A DNA stretch of 48,800 bases, taken from contig CAZAJQ010000004.1 of NCBI GenBank assembly GCA_964485795.1, positions 38,292 to 87,091 of the forward strand. Direction: 5' to 3'. The notes below the pieces were generated by a model that worked only from the letters and a program-made list of their open reading frames with translations, ran no database searches and was not told where the DNA came from. This stretch comes from an uncultured Gammaproteobacteria bacterium (GTDB lineage: Bacteria; Patescibacteriota; Patescibacteriia; VMEV01; CAZAJQ01). Below, in pieces: positions 9,471-19,336 of the stretch; positions within the stretch are counted from its first letter, which is position 1, and each line of letters begins with the position of its first letter. The position numbers were made by a program, and so were the translations under genes.

Positions 9471-10076
9471 ATGGAAGGGAAACTGATCGCTTTTGAAGGA
9501 ATCGATGGATCAGGTAAATCTACGCTCGTGGCAAGCATCGAGTGTGACCTCAGAAAATTGGGGAAAAAAGTTGAGAAGCTGGCAACTCGCGAGGCTGAAA
9601 ACGCAAAATTGTTTGATTCCGTTCTTAAAAATTATACAATGGAGTCAGATTCACCAGCATATATGTTCTTTTATCAGGCTCTCCATGCTCACAAAGCCGA
9701 TCGCGCAAAAAGGGCACTTGCAGAAGGGAAAATAGTACTCGTCGATCGCTGGGATCTTTCCTTCTTTGTATGGCACGAAAACTTTGGATTTTTAAGCAAA
9801 GAAAATCCTGAATTTCGAGAAGGAATTTCGAGACTCGCTTTTGGTGATTTAAAACCAAATTTATGCATTTATCTCGATATCTCCGCTGGCATCGCGCTCG
9901 ATAGACGACTGTGGAGAGGAGAAAGTTTAGAAAACTTCGAACAAGAAAAATCTCTTTGCGAAAAACTTCTATCCACATACAGAGAATTGGCTAAACGGAA
10001 TCACTGGATTTGCATAAATGCCGATGAAGGTTTTGATCATGTGAGAAAGGTCGTTTTGGAGATGATCGTTGAATAA
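9471..10076 (+). CDS. Thymidylate-kinase-like P-loop kinase (divergent)
   Basis: P-loop FEGIDGSGKST. YQALHAHKAD and DRWDLSFFVWH replace the canonical Tmk DRY..S..AYQ region. Confidence 0.7.
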   Translation: MEGKLIAFEGIDGSGKSTLVASIECDLRKLGKKVEKLATREAENAKLFDSVLKNYTMESDSPAYMFFYQALHAHKADRAKRALAEGKIVLVDRWDLSFFVWHENFGFLSKENPEFREGISRLAFGDLKPNLCIYLDISAGIALDRRLWRGESLENFEQEKSLCEKLLSTYRELAKRNHWICINADEGFDHVRKVVLEMIVE

Positions 10077-10116
10077 AATAACCCGCCTGGACAATTTTTG
10101 CCCGGCGGGAATTTTT

Positions 10117-10575
10117 TTAGATTTCAAAATGTCCCAAATAGCTACTTTCTTCTTGAGAAATTTTTTTTATGCTTTCCCAAATTTTTTGTCTTAGAACTTC
10201 AGGATAGGCTCTCAAATTCCGCAACTCCGACTCGCGAAACCAATGCGCTTCATTGACCGTACCATATGTGTCTTTGTGTCCTTTTGGAAATTCCGTATTC
10301 CCTATTGGTTCTGCGAGCCAAAAATGCTCAAGCCATGTACTATTTTGGGCTTTTATGAAAAGTGTCTGGACAAAAAGGAACTTAGTAACCTTCACTCGAA
10401 GACCCGTTTCTTCCAGCGTTTCTCTTTCGGCGCACTCAATGATAGTCTCATTGCCATAATCCCATCCCCCGCCCGGAGCGCACCACCATTTTTGGGCATG
10501 ATTCCTCACGAGCAGTATTGAATCCTTCGAAAAATCATACGTAACAACTCTACAAAGAACGCGAAGTTGATGCAT
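10117..10575 (-). CDS. NUDIX hydrolase
   Basis: Nudix box GGGWDYGNETIIECAERETLEETGL. Confidence 0.85.
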   Translation of the reverse strand: MHQLRVLCRVVTYDFSKDSILLVRNHAQKWWCAPGGGWDYGNETIIECAERETLEETGLRVKVTKFLFVQTLFIKAQNSTWLEHFWLAEPIGNTEFPKGHKDTYGTVNEAHWFRESELRNLRAYPEVLRQKIWESIKKISQEESSYLGHFEI

Positions 10576-10653
10576 AATTACCTCCTTTTTAAAACCAATA
10601 CATACATTACTATTGCATATAATCTACTACAAATGGTTATGAAAGTAAATTTT

Positions 10654-11430
10654 TTATCGCCGCAACGGTTTTTTTAGGAGCATAAAATAGTCCATACCAA
10701 AATATTTTATCACGGGAAACACGCCAAGCGTCTGTAAGGGATATTGATTAAGAATTCCATAATTTTTATAAAAAAACGGAATCCACGAAAACCATGCATT
10801 GATATAGTCCGCTCCCAATTCCTTCATGATTTTGAATTTGCTTTTCGTACAATCTCTCACTTGAAAGCATGTCAAATAATTTTCATAGCCATTCGTATGA
10901 CCATGAGTCCCCCAGACATCCCAATTCCTATGAAAAAGTTTCTCAAAAAAGAACTTCAAAACAAATGAAAAATTAAAGTGATTTTGAAAACTCAATATGA
11001 CGAATCCTCCTGCTTTTGTAACGCGGTAAATTTCATCAATTACCAGGAAATAATCACGAACATGCTCCAAAGCTTCAGTGCAAACCACGCAATCAAAATT
11101 ATTATCTGCAAATGGAATATTCTCGAGGCTCCCAATATCAAAAGTTAGGTTATCAAAGACATGTTTACTATTATCTTTCTTCGCAAATTCTATTGCCTTT
11201 TGTGACTGATCAAATGCAGCAATATTGGCAAAATATTTGCCCAATGTTTCAATATTATTCCCTATGCCGCATGCTGCATCAAGACATCGAGCATTTTTTT
11301 TAAATTTCAAAGAAGACAAAAAATCATCGATAATATTTTGTTGCCATGGAGCAGAGGTGCTTGAAAAAAGTCCTTCTTTCCGCAACTCACTTTCTATCGC
11401 TCGGTTTTTGGCAGCATCACTTGTCCGCAT
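10654..11430 (-). CDS. Class I SAM-dependent methyltransferase
   Basis: Motif I LDAACGIGNN, motif II-like FDCVVCTEALEHV, post-II GGFVILS. Confidence 0.8.
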   Translation of the reverse strand: MRTSDAAKNRAIESELRKEGLFSSTSAPWQQNIIDDFLSSLKFKKNARCLDAACGIGNNIETLGKYFANIAAFDQSQKAIEFAKKDNSKHVFDNLTFDIGSLENIPFADNNFDCVVCTEALEHVRDYFLVIDEIYRVTKAGGFVILSFQNHFNFSFVLKFFFEKLFHRNWDVWGTHGHTNGYENYLTCFQVRDCTKSKFKIMKELGADYINAWFSWIPFFYKNYGILNQYPLQTLGVFPVIKYFGMDYFMLLKKPLRR

Positions 11431-12707
11431 AAATAAAACCTTATGAGCTTAAATAAGCCATAATAAGGTCCCACAAAATTTAGCATATACAAAATCGGCG
11501 AAAAAAGAAGGCTATTCCACAATATTTGGTTACCTTGGGAAGGATTCAGCTTCCTTGCCCAATACATTCTGAGATCCCTCGATACAAGTACAACGGGAAC
11601 AGACGAGTTGAGCAATAACGAAAAAAGGAACATGACAAGCAACGCAAATGATCCCTGATAAAGTGAAAAAATAATTCCCAAGAGATGTAATAACCCCTTA
11701 TTTAACCATCGAAACGCCTTAAAAAGGCCGTAACAAATATGAATAGCATCGAGCACGTAATTTTTTTTAATTCCACGCAATGACCGAGCATGCAAGAAGT
11801 CAACTATGAATAAGCCACATCCAAAAAACCAAACGCTTGACTGCTTGACATATGTCGGAAAATTTTTTGCCGTCTCGCTGATTCCAAACCCATGCACTAT
11901 TTTCCCTTTGATTTTGAGGAATGAAGCCAATCGACCTAACCGAACGTCCTCAATAAGGTCTGGAAATCCCCCGATCTTTATAAGAAATGCCCCCTTGACC
12001 ATCATTCCATCACCGATACAATATTTGAGCCTGAAAGGGAAAAAAGCATCCATGAACATTGGAATTTCATATGATATGGCAAAAAAAGCTTGCAAAAAAG
12101 TGAAACTTTGCATCAATGGGCTTTTGAGAAGATTAATATTTTTAAACCGTAGGAGGGGTTGCTGGTATATTTCAATATTATTTTCAATGGAATCATTAAA
12201 TCTTCTCAATGTATTGAAATCCGGTTCAGCATCCGCATCCAGCAAGAGGAAAAACGATTCAGACACAATCATATCTCCAATGTTCTTTCGGATTTGATCA
12301 AAGGCAAAATCCAATTGATGAGTTTTAAAGCCCTGATTGCCGGAAAAATGGATCCGATATATTTGAGCTTTTGGAAATCTGTTTTCAACAATAAGATGAT
12401 TTAAAATATCAATGGTATTCGGAGAATTTCCCTCGCAATACTCCTTTTGTGTCGTAATGACATAAATTTTATAGCAATCCTGAGGATAGTTTTGGCACGA
12501 AAGTTTTTCTAATAACTTTTCGAGCATTTTTTCTTCGTGCAATACCGGGACCAATACAGAAATCATGTTATGAACAGTGTTTTCTTTTTTCGGGTTATCA
12601 AACAAGGCGTTATTTTTTATTTTGGTTATAATAAGGATATATTTGGTTAGTTGGTAAATACCATTCAACAACAAAAGGAAAAGGATGACAGTGACCGCGG
12701 TATTCAT
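11394..12707 (-). CDS. Membrane-anchored family 2 glycosyltransferase
   Basis: N-terminal TM helix, then ISVLVPVLHEE...QNYP...YVI, LLLDADAEPD (DxD) and multiple C-terminal TM helices. Architecture resembles synthase-type GT2 enzymes. Confidence 0.75.
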   Translation of the reverse strand: MNTAVTVILFLLLLNGIYQLTKYILIITKIKNNALFDNPKKENTVHNMISVLVPVLHEEKMLEKLLEKLSCQNYPQDCYKIYVITTQKEYCEGNSPNTIDILNHLIVENRFPKAQIYRIHFSGNQGFKTHQLDFAFDQIRKNIGDMIVSESFFLLLDADAEPDFNTLRRFNDSIENNIEIYQQPLLRFKNINLLKSPLMQSFTFLQAFFAISYEIPMFMDAFFPFRLKYCIGDGMMVKGAFLIKIGGFPDLIEDVRLGRLASFLKIKGKIVHGFGISETAKNFPTYVKQSSVWFFGCGLFIVDFLHARSLRGIKKNYVLDAIHICYGLFKAFRWLNKGLLHLLGIIFSLYQGSFALLVMFLFSLLLNSSVPVVLVSRDLRMYWARKLNPSQGNQILWNSLLFSPILYMLNFVGPYYGLFKLIRFYLCGQVMLPKTER

Positions 12708-13321
12708 AATTGCTCATCGATAATTTTACGAATCCTTTCAAATGTCGCTATTTTACTACCTGTTCCATCGATAACATTCCATCCATGAATATGAGCAATA
12801 TTTTTATAATACTCAATACCTGAGCTAAAATATTGAAAATCCATCAGTTCAAGCCCATTGTCATCAATTGCTCGCTCTCGATTTATATAACGTCTGAAAG
12901 CTAATTCAGAGGGAAGATTCAGCGTTATGTGGATATTTGGCTCAAGAGATCGAAATGCTAAATAGTCAAGTCGACTCATGAGTTCTTCATCATTAATGAA
13001 GGTCTTTTGATAAAGATGATGGGCAAAAAATGAATATCGCCATCTATCGGCAATAACGATGCACCCTGCATCTAGCGCGTCACAAACTTCCTGATGTTGA
13101 GCCGCATGAAGGGCTTGAAAAAGAAACATTATGGCATTCTGATCACGCTTGATCCCAGAATCGTTCATGAATGCGGCGGAAAGCTTTCGACGAGATCCTT
13201 CATAAGCGGCACTCACAAAAACATCTCGTCCCTTCTTGTTTTTCAAATATCGAGCAAGCAATGTTGCTTGGGTCGTTTTTCCACTGCCCGCTATTCCCTC
13301 AAAACAAATAAACATAGTCAT
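12704..13321 (-). CDS. Second thymidylate-kinase-like P-loop kinase (paralog of 9471..10076)
   Basis: P-loop FEGIAGSGKTT. FQALHAAQHQ and DRWRYSFFAHH share the same non-canonical substitutions as the first copy. Confidence 0.7.
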   Translation of the reverse strand: MTMFICFEGIAGSGKTTQATLLARYLKNKKGRDVFVSAAYEGSRRKLSAAFMNDSGIKRDQNAIMFLFQALHAAQHQEVCDALDAGCIVIADRWRYSFFAHHLYQKTFINDEELMSRLDYLAFRSLEPNIHITLNLPSELAFRRYINRERAIDDNGLELMDFQYFSSGIEYYKNIAHIHGWNVIDGTGSKIATFERIRKIIDEQL

Positions 13322-13484
13322 TTAAATTGTTCACAATTTTTCTGTTTCGATGCCATTCTATTATTTCTCCAAAAAAAACACAATTGTATAAAAACAATAG
13401 ATTCCAGCCTGCTGAAAATTTTGGGAAAATCCTTTATAATGAAGTTCATTGAATTTTCATTTCACCCTTTTCTGATGCCAGCCT

Positions 13485-13727
13485 ATGAACGCTCAAAATC
13501 TCAAACTTTTTCAATCCGAGCTTCAAAATACAACATTCAAGTATATTGGCGCAGGTTTTGGATTGGTGGCAAGCCTTGCATGGAATGAAGCCATCAAGGC
13601 TTTCATTGATTTTACTTTCCCCTTGGAAAAAAATTCCTTACTTGCAAAATTCATCTATGCGGCCGTCATGACTTTGCTCGTAGTCGTCATGTCGCTTATC
13701 ATCATTCATAAAAAAAAGATGCCATAA
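13485..13727 (+). CDS. Small membrane protein, unknown function
   Basis: 80 aa with two hydrophobic segments (YIGAGFGLVASLAW, AAVMTLLVVVMSLIII). Confidence 0.5.
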   Translation: MNAQNLKLFQSELQNTTFKYIGAGFGLVASLAWNEAIKAFIDFTFPLEKNSLLAKFIYAAVMTLLVVVMSLIIIHKKKMP

Positions 13728-14010
13728 AACAGTGATGATCCTCTCTTTCCCTTCCTATCCTCTTCAGCGTCAATTTTTTTCATAATTTTTCTTTGAAAGC
13801 CCTATTCTTTTCCCCTATGTGCCTCAACGGAACCCTTCTTTCCGCGACATTCAAAAAAAGCTGCAGTGACACTTCCAAAAAGTTTCACATTTTCCAAAAA
13901 AAATCCCCTTATTCCCTTCCCCTTCCCATCATCCGCGTGCATGGGAAAAAAGGCTTTGGCGCCGTAACAATGGCTCCGGCGTGATAACGGCAAAATGTTT
14001 GAACTCAAAA

Positions 14011-14028
14011 GCGGGTTTTAAAACCCGC
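14011..14028 (-). terminator. Hairpin terminator downstream of tRNA-Arg
   Basis: GCGGGTTTT/AAAACCCGC perfect palindrome, flanked by T-runs on both strands. Confidence 0.6.
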
Positions 14029-14038
14029 TTTTTCTTTT

Positions 14039-14110
14039 TGTCCTCGGAGGGAATCGAACCCCCATCAAAGGCTTAGGACGCCTCTGTTCTATCCATTGAA
14101 CTACGAGGAC
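14039..14110 (-). tRNA. tRNA-Arg (anticodon CCT)
   Basis: The reverse complement folds as a cloverleaf: acceptor GTCCTCG/CGAGGAC, D arm GTTC-AATGGATA-GAAC, anticodon arm GAGGC-GTCCTAA-GCCTT, T arm GGGGG-TTCGATT-CCCTC. No CCA is encoded. Confidence 0.85.
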
Positions 14111-14401
14111 ACACCGTACATGTGCCAAACATTTAAAACGAAACATCCTCCCCTGCGCACTTGAACCAATGTGCTAAATACCATTAAAACTTCTTGTAAA
14201 GATTCTCAACGTTACAAACGATATCCTGATACTGACAAACAATACGCCAAAAATCAATATTTCAAACTCTTCAACACTCTCCTGAACAACTCGTTTCCCA
14301 ATGAATATGATGAATCCCCTCTGATTCTTTGACATTTCAAGAAGGTATCCCCTAAAATGGGAGGTACTTTTCATTTGGACAAGATTTTAACCCTTTATCG
14401 T

Positions 14402-14860
14402 ATGTTTAAACAATTCAAAAACGATATGTCCACCACATCTTATGATGCCCCATCTTCCGCCGAGCAAACTATCATCGGTGCGTCAGTCAAAGTCGAGGGA
14501 GAATTCGAAAGCCAAGGAGATATCATCGTCGAGGGTGTTCTCAACGGTTCTCTGAAAACAAAACAGTATCTGCAAATCGGCTCCAATGCGAAAATTACGG
14601 CCAATATATTCGCGCAATCCGCACAGATAGCCGGCAACGTCAAAGGCAATATTCATGTCAATGACACCCTCAAGCTGCTCAGTACGGCTCATATCCTCGG
14701 CGATGTACAAACTTCCAAGCTCATTATCGAGGAAGGAGCAATATTCAACGGCAAATGCTCCATGGGGCAAGGAACAAACTCTCAAATGTCTTTTTCTTCG
14801 ACCGCTTCAAATGAGACACCTGAAACGGATGCCTCGGATGCTTCCGCCGATGAAGCATAA
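14402..14860 (+). CDS. Bactofilin-family polymer-forming protein
   Basis: Beta-helical repeats typical of bactofilin (IIGASVKVEGEFESQGDIIVEGVLNGSL...AQIAGNVKGNIHVNDTLKLLSTAHILGDV) and a disordered acidic tail. The ORF opens at 14357. Confidence 0.8.
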   Translation: MFKQFKNDMSTTSYDAPSSAEQTIIGASVKVEGEFESQGDIIVEGVLNGSLKTKQYLQIGSNAKITANIFAQSAQIAGNVKGNIHVNDTLKLLSTAHILGDVQTSKLIIEEGAIFNGKCSMGQGTNSQMSFSSTASNETPETDASDASADEA

Positions 14861-14917
14861 TGTTTCATTTCGAACTCTCTCGGTAGATCTCAAGCCGTAT
14901 CCAAAGTTTTTTTCGCT

Positions 14918-15664
14918 ATGTATTCGTATATATACGACAGTTTTTTGCAGGATAAAAAATATCAAAAGCCCCTTATCCAGCTTGAAAATCGGCTTACGGA
15001 TCTGGGACTTTTGGGCAACTCGCGAAAACTCACCATTCTTGATGACATCAAAAAGGTCATAGCGGAAGAATTGCAAAATAATATTCATACCTTGGTGGCC
15101 GTGGGTTCGGATCGACTGGTTTCCGTCATGATCGACATCCTCGCCCAGCACAAAATTTGCATGGGTATTATTCCCTTTGGAGAAAAAACCGCCATCGCTG
15201 AAATGCTTCACATCCCTCCGGGTATCGCTGCCGCCGAGAATTTGGCGCGACGACATATCAAAAAAATTCATCTCGGTAAAATCAATGATCATTATTTCAT
15301 ACGCGTCATCGCGGCGTCGGATTCAAAAATCAAAATCGTCTATCAAGAAAAGTTTTCCGTGTCTCCGATCATGGACAGCAATATCTATGTTTTTAACAAT
15401 TACCTGCATTTTGATGAAAACATGGATGATTATTCGCTTACCACGGTCGTGGAGCCGAAATCCAAACGAAAGTTGCTCAACCTCTTTCGAAAAGAAAATT
15501 TCGGACCCGAATACACCACTTTTATGCCTTCAAAAACCATGAAAATAACCAATTCCGGAAGCTCAAAACTTATGGTGGATGGGCAAAAAGTGGTCAAAAC
15601 ACCGGCCATCGTGGAGGGAAATGCCAGTTCCCTGAAAATCATCGTCGGAAAGGCGATCAATTAG
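14918..15664 (+). CDS. DAG-kinase/YegS-like lipid kinase family protein
   Basis: 248 aa. LVAVGSDRLVSVMIDIL...GIIPFGEKTAIA resembles the DAGK catalytic domain, with a degenerate GGDG motif. Confidence 0.55.
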   Translation: MYSYIYDSFLQDKKYQKPLIQLENRLTDLGLLGNSRKLTILDDIKKVIAEELQNNIHTLVAVGSDRLVSVMIDILAQHKICMGIIPFGEKTAIAEMLHIPPGIAAAENLARRHIKKIHLGKINDHYFIRVIAASDSKIKIVYQEKFSVSPIMDSNIYVFNNYLHFDENMDDYSLTTVVEPKSKRKLLNLFRKENFGPEYTTFMPSKTMKITNSGSSKLMVDGQKVVKTPAIVEGNASSLKIIVGKAIN

Positions 15665-15743
15665 TTTTTTTACTAAAGACATTCTCCCCCCATTCTCAAA
15701 CGCTCCCGAGCTTCTTGCAAATCCTTGAAAAGACAGCCATCGC

Positions 15744-16532
15744 TTAAGACGCAATATCAATAATGTCTACGGGGGTAACAATATCCGCTGCACCCGGTTT
15801 TGGAGGTTTTGGAAGCGCTCGAAAGGTCATGTATTGCTGGACGATACTGAAAATCGTCGTTACCAGCCAATACAGTGAAAGCCCTGAAGGAAGGCTGATA
15901 CCGATGAATACGGTCAAAGCCGGCATCATATAGAGCATCTGCTTATTCATCATGGCGGCCATATTTTCATCTTGAGCGCCTTTCTCTTTTGCAACCTCCA
16001 GTGGAGGTTTTTTTGTCGAAAGCATTCTGGTCTGGAAAAACTGCGCTATCCCCGCCAATACGGGAAGAACATAGCTCTTTTGCGAAAGATCGATGATCCC
16101 CAAAGACAGCGGTGATATGCTTCCGGGGTTATGAATGAAAGGATAGAGGACATCGAGGTTTTGCGACTGCAACCCTTGCTGAAACACATGGTATACCGCG
16201 ATAAAGATAGGAAGCTGGATAAGCACCGGCAAACACGATGAAAACGGATTCACCTTTTCACTCCGATACAGCTCCATGATGGCCTTGGTCTGCTCTTCCG
16301 GCTTGGGGTATTTCTTCTTTATGACTTCAATCTTGGGCTGCAGCTCCGAAAGCGCCTTCTGGGAAGCGAGCATTTTTTTTGAAAGAGGGTAAATCGCAAA
16401 ACGTATCAAAAGAGTAACCATGATAATCGCGACTCCGATATCATGCCCGGGAATGATATTGTAAAAAAACACGAGGATATTGAATAAAGGCTCATAAAGA
16501 AAGGTATTGTATATCCAGATCATAAATATCAT
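15744..16532 (-). CDS. yidC: Membrane protein insertase YidC (short Gram-positive type)
   Basis: GVAIIMVTLLIRFAIYPL, MELYRSEKVNPFSSCLPVLIQLPIFIAVY and SGLSLYWLVTTIFSIVQQ. Conserved position next to yidD-rnpA-rpmH. Confidence 0.9.
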   Translation of the reverse strand: MIFMIWIYNTFLYEPLFNILVFFYNIIPGHDIGVAIIMVTLLIRFAIYPLSKKMLASQKALSELQPKIEVIKKKYPKPEEQTKAIMELYRSEKVNPFSSCLPVLIQLPIFIAVYHVFQQGLQSQNLDVLYPFIHNPGSISPLSLGIIDLSQKSYVLPVLAGIAQFFQTRMLSTKKPPLEVAKEKGAQDENMAAMMNKQMLYMMPALTVFIGISLPSGLSLYWLVTTIFSIVQQYMTFRALPKPPKPGAADIVTPVDIIDIAS

Positions 16533-16594
16533 GACATAAAAAGGGAGTATGGTTCTTTTTGAAAACCGTCCTCTTTTGTCTTGTTTAAAAAAAA

Positions 16595-16837
16595 TTATTC
16601 GGGGTCAAATCCGCCTTTGTTCCACGGATTGCATCGCAAGAGTCGCCAAAAGGCCTTCATACTCCCTCGTGCCACGCCATAACGGCCTATGGATCGAGCG
16701 GCGTATTCCGAACATGTGGGGTAAAAACGACAAAAACCATGCGGATAAAATATCTGAAACCATCCATGATCCGGGGAAAGTGTTCTCTGATAAGCCTCAA
16801 TCATGGCAAGAAATATGCTTTTATGAAATTCTTTCAT
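16595..16837 (-). CDS. yidD: Membrane protein insertion efficiency factor YidD
   Basis: YQRTLSP...[11 protein letters not shown] signature. Confidence 0.9.
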   Translation of the reverse strand: MKEFHKSIFLAMIEAYQRTLSPDHGWFQIFYPHGFCRFYPTCSEYAARSIGRYGVARGSMKAFWRLLRCNPWNKGGFDPE

Positions 16838-17186
16838 GTTTTTCGCGATAAAGCCCGGCTTTTTTGAGCAAAAAATCGAGTTCTTTTCGTATCTCCCCGT
16901 ATATTTTTCCGATAATCACGCTTTTCGCGACAAATACCACATCATACCCGGAAACAATGGATGGAATCTCTTTTCTCAATATCTCGCGTATTCTTCGTTT
17001 TATAAGATTTCTCTTGGTGGCCTTCTTGGAAACTTTATTGGAAACTACAATACCAAATCGCGAGTATGATAAGGTATTCTGAATTTTCGTCAAATGAAGA
17101 CTCAGCGAAAAAAAGGGCTTACCGCCCTTTTTAAAAACTCTGTCAAAATCGCTTTTTTTTGTCAGACGATAGTTCCTTGGAAGCAT
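16821..17186 (-). CDS. rnpA: RNase P protein component
   Basis: [20 protein letters not shown]...[14 protein letters not shown]. The Met at 17186 lies 4 nt after the rpmH stop. Confidence 0.85.
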   Translation of the reverse strand: MLPRNYRLTKKSDFDRVFKKGGKPFFSLSLHLTKIQNTLSYSRFGIVVSNKVSKKATKRNLIKRRIREILRKEIPSIVSGYDVVFVAKSVIIGKIYGEIRKELDFLLKKAGLYREKHERIS

Positions 17187-17190
17187 GAAA

Positions 17191-17328
17191 TTATGGTGTG
17201 AGACGTTTTCTGCCTTTTGCTCTTCGACGTCGCAGGACATTTTTCCCTCCCGGTTTTCTCATCCGAGCGCGAAAGCCATGAACACGTTTCCTCTTTTTTA
17301 CCTTGGGCTGATAAGTTCTTTTCGGCAT
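17191..17328 (-). CDS. rpmH: 50S ribosomal protein L34 (below the ORF-track length cut-off)
   Basis: Manual translation of the reverse strand gives [45 protein letters not shown], then a stop. Confidence 0.9.
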   Translation of the reverse strand: MPKRTYQPKVKKRKRVHGFRARMRKPGGKNVLRRRRAKGRKRLTP

Positions 17329-17426
17329 ATCAAATACGACAGATAATAAACTCTTTATTAATTTAGAGTATAAAATACTTCGCTTCTATTGTAAAGTCTT
17401 TGCATTACCAACTTTCTTTCCACAAG

Positions 17427-17435
17427 TTATTCACA
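17427..17435. promoter_or_regulatory. DnaA box upstream of dnaA
   Basis: TTATTCACA fits the TTATNCACA consensus. It lies in the rpmH-dnaA divergent promoter region. Confidence 0.5.
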
Positions 17436-17530
17436 TCTTTTCCAAAGTCTGATATATTTATCTCAAAATTTTCTTGTGTTATACTCCCACATCATTTCAC
17501 CTTCCTTCTTTTCTCATAAACTTTACTCCT

Positions 17531-18889
17531 ATGACGAACGAACAACTCTGGCAAGCGGTTTTGGGAGAATTGGAAGTGAGCATCAGTCGTGCAAACTTCA
17601 TCACATGGTTCAAAGGTACCTCTATCTCTGATAGAAACTCGGAAAAAGTCATCATCTGCGTTCCAAATTCCTTCACGCATGATTGGCTCAAAGGCAAATA
17701 TTATTCACCAATCATCAAAGCCTTGCGAACCATCACCGGAGATCCCATCCGTGAGCTTATCTTCAAGATGCAGGCGAAAGACGAATCTGAATCATCTCCG
17801 TCGCAAGCCTTTCATCCCACGTTCACGGCTTCAAACGCGTCCTCTTCGTCAAACACGGGATTCAATCCAAAATACACGTTTCAAAATTTCATCGTCGGCA
17901 AGGGCAATGAGTTGGCTCATGCGGCCTGTATTGCCGTGAGCAACAAACCCGGGCAAATATACAATCCCCTTTTCATCTATGGGCCCTCCGGACTTGGTAA
18001 AACGCATCTGATCCAAGCCACGGGGCAAAAAATAAAGGAAACTTTTCAGCTCTCAAAACTTCTTTACGTATCTTCCGAAGAATTCACGAATGAATATATT
18101 CACGGCATTCGAACCGGAGCCACCAAAAGCTTTCAGGACAAGTATCGCAATATCGATGTGCTTCTTGTCGATGATATCCAATTCATCGAGGGTAAAACCG
18201 AAACGCAGGAAGCCTTTTTCCATACCTTCAATACCCTCCATCAAGCCAATAAGCAAATCGTCCTCACCTCCGATCGTCCTCCAAAAGCCATTGTCACGAT
18301 TGAAAAACGCCTTTTGACACGATTTGAGTGGGGTATGATCGCCGATGTCGGGAATCCTGATTTTGAAACTCGCGTCGCTATCCTCAATTCCAAATGTCAG
18401 GAAAAAAATATCGAAATCGATGATAAAATCATTCATTTTATCGCAAACGTGGTTAATAATAATATTCGTGAATTGGAAGGCGCTCTCAACCGCATTATTG
18501 CCGATTCGCAAATACGCAATATTCCTCCTACTATTGATGGATCCAGAAAACTTCTTGCCTCCATCATCAGTAATTCCCAAACAAAATCAATTTCCCCGAA
18601 GCAAATCCTCCATGCCGTATCCGAATATTTTTCGATATCAAAAGACGATATCATGGGAAAAAGCAGAAAAAAAGAATTGGTGGTTCCTCGACAAATCACC
18701 ATGTTTCTCATGCGATCCGAGCTGAACTGCTCCTATCCTTTGATCGGCCTCGAGCTGGGAGGAAAAGATCATACCACCGCTATGCATTCTTGCGAGAAGA
18801 TCGAAAAAGAAGTCGAGGAAAATGAAAAGCTCCGTCAAGATATCCTCTCTTTGCGAGAGCGTCTTTACAGCGCGGTAAAACGACAATGA
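17531..18889 (+). CDS. dnaA: Chromosomal replication initiator DnaA
   Basis: MTNEQLWQAVLGELE N-terminus, Walker A GPSGLGKTHL, Walker B LLVDDIQF, sensor NIRELEGAL, and a C-terminal DNA-binding domain (VPRQITMFLMRSELNCSYPLIGLELGGKDHTTAMH). Confidence 0.95.
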   Translation: MTNEQLWQAVLGELEVSISRANFITWFKGTSISDRNSEKVIICVPNSFTHDWLKGKYYSPIIKALRTITGDPIRELIFKMQAKDESESSPSQAFHPTFTASNASSSSNTGFNPKYTFQNFIVGKGNELAHAACIAVSNKPGQIYNPLFIYGPSGLGKTHLIQATGQKIKETFQLSKLLYVSSEEFTNEYIHGIRTGATKSFQDKYRNIDVLLVDDIQFIEGKTETQEAFFHTFNTLHQANKQIVLTSDRPPKAIVTIEKRLLTRFEWGMIADVGNPDFETRVAILNSKCQEKNIEIDDKIIHFIANVVNNNIRELEGALNRIIADSQIRNIPPTIDGSRKLLASIISNSQTKSISPKQILHAVSEYFSISKDDIMGKSRKKELVVPRQITMFLMRSELNCSYPLIGLELGGKDHTTAMHSCEKIEKEVEENEKLRQDILSLRERLYSAVKRQ

Positions 18890-19336
18890 TTCTGGCTCTT
18901 TTTCCCCCTTCATTGCACACATCATTTTCCTCATACCCACGCAGTATAAGCTCCGGAAAACCATTCTCAAAAGCTTTTGCTTCTATCCCTGTATATCAAC
19001 CTCATCTCTCCTCGAGATAGGGTAATATACAGGGATATTTTCTGTGTATAATCTGTGAGAAACCCTTGTTTTTTCTGTGTATATGAATGTTCATATTTTG
19101 GGAATTCTTTGTGTATAGAGAGAGTCACTTTTCTCTTCTCCCAGTCATCCACACCTTATCTTCACTTTTCCCACAGAGCGGTTGTGAATAAAAAAATGAC
19201 TCATCCTCTGGATTTCATTGCCCCTTTTCACTTTTCCACATTATCCACACCCCTTATTGTTATTATTATATTTATATATAAAATAAGAACATAATAAGAA
19301 AGAACAAGGAGTAAAGCATCCACTTAAACACAATAT
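18890..19336. other. Candidate oriC (DnaA-box cluster plus AT-rich unwinding element)
   Basis: Consensus TTATNCACA boxes at 19043-19051 (rc), 19183-19191 (rc) and 19241-19249. One-mismatch boxes at 19076-19084, 19110-19118, 19145-19153 and 19232-19240. AT-rich tract TTATTGTTATTATTATATTTATATATAAAATAAG at about 19254-19290. Confidence 0.75.

Noticed and set aside
14174-14374. 66-aa ORF (-) upstream of tRNA-Arg
   Set aside because: No motif or RBS was recognised, and it overlaps the likely bactofilin promoter region. Insufficient support.
14807-15292. 161-aa ORF (-)
   Set aside because: It is antisense to the lipid-kinase-family gene and the bactofilin 3' end. No motifs.
18053-18580. 175-aa ORF on the - strand
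   Set aside because: It is antisense to the AAA+ core of dnaA.
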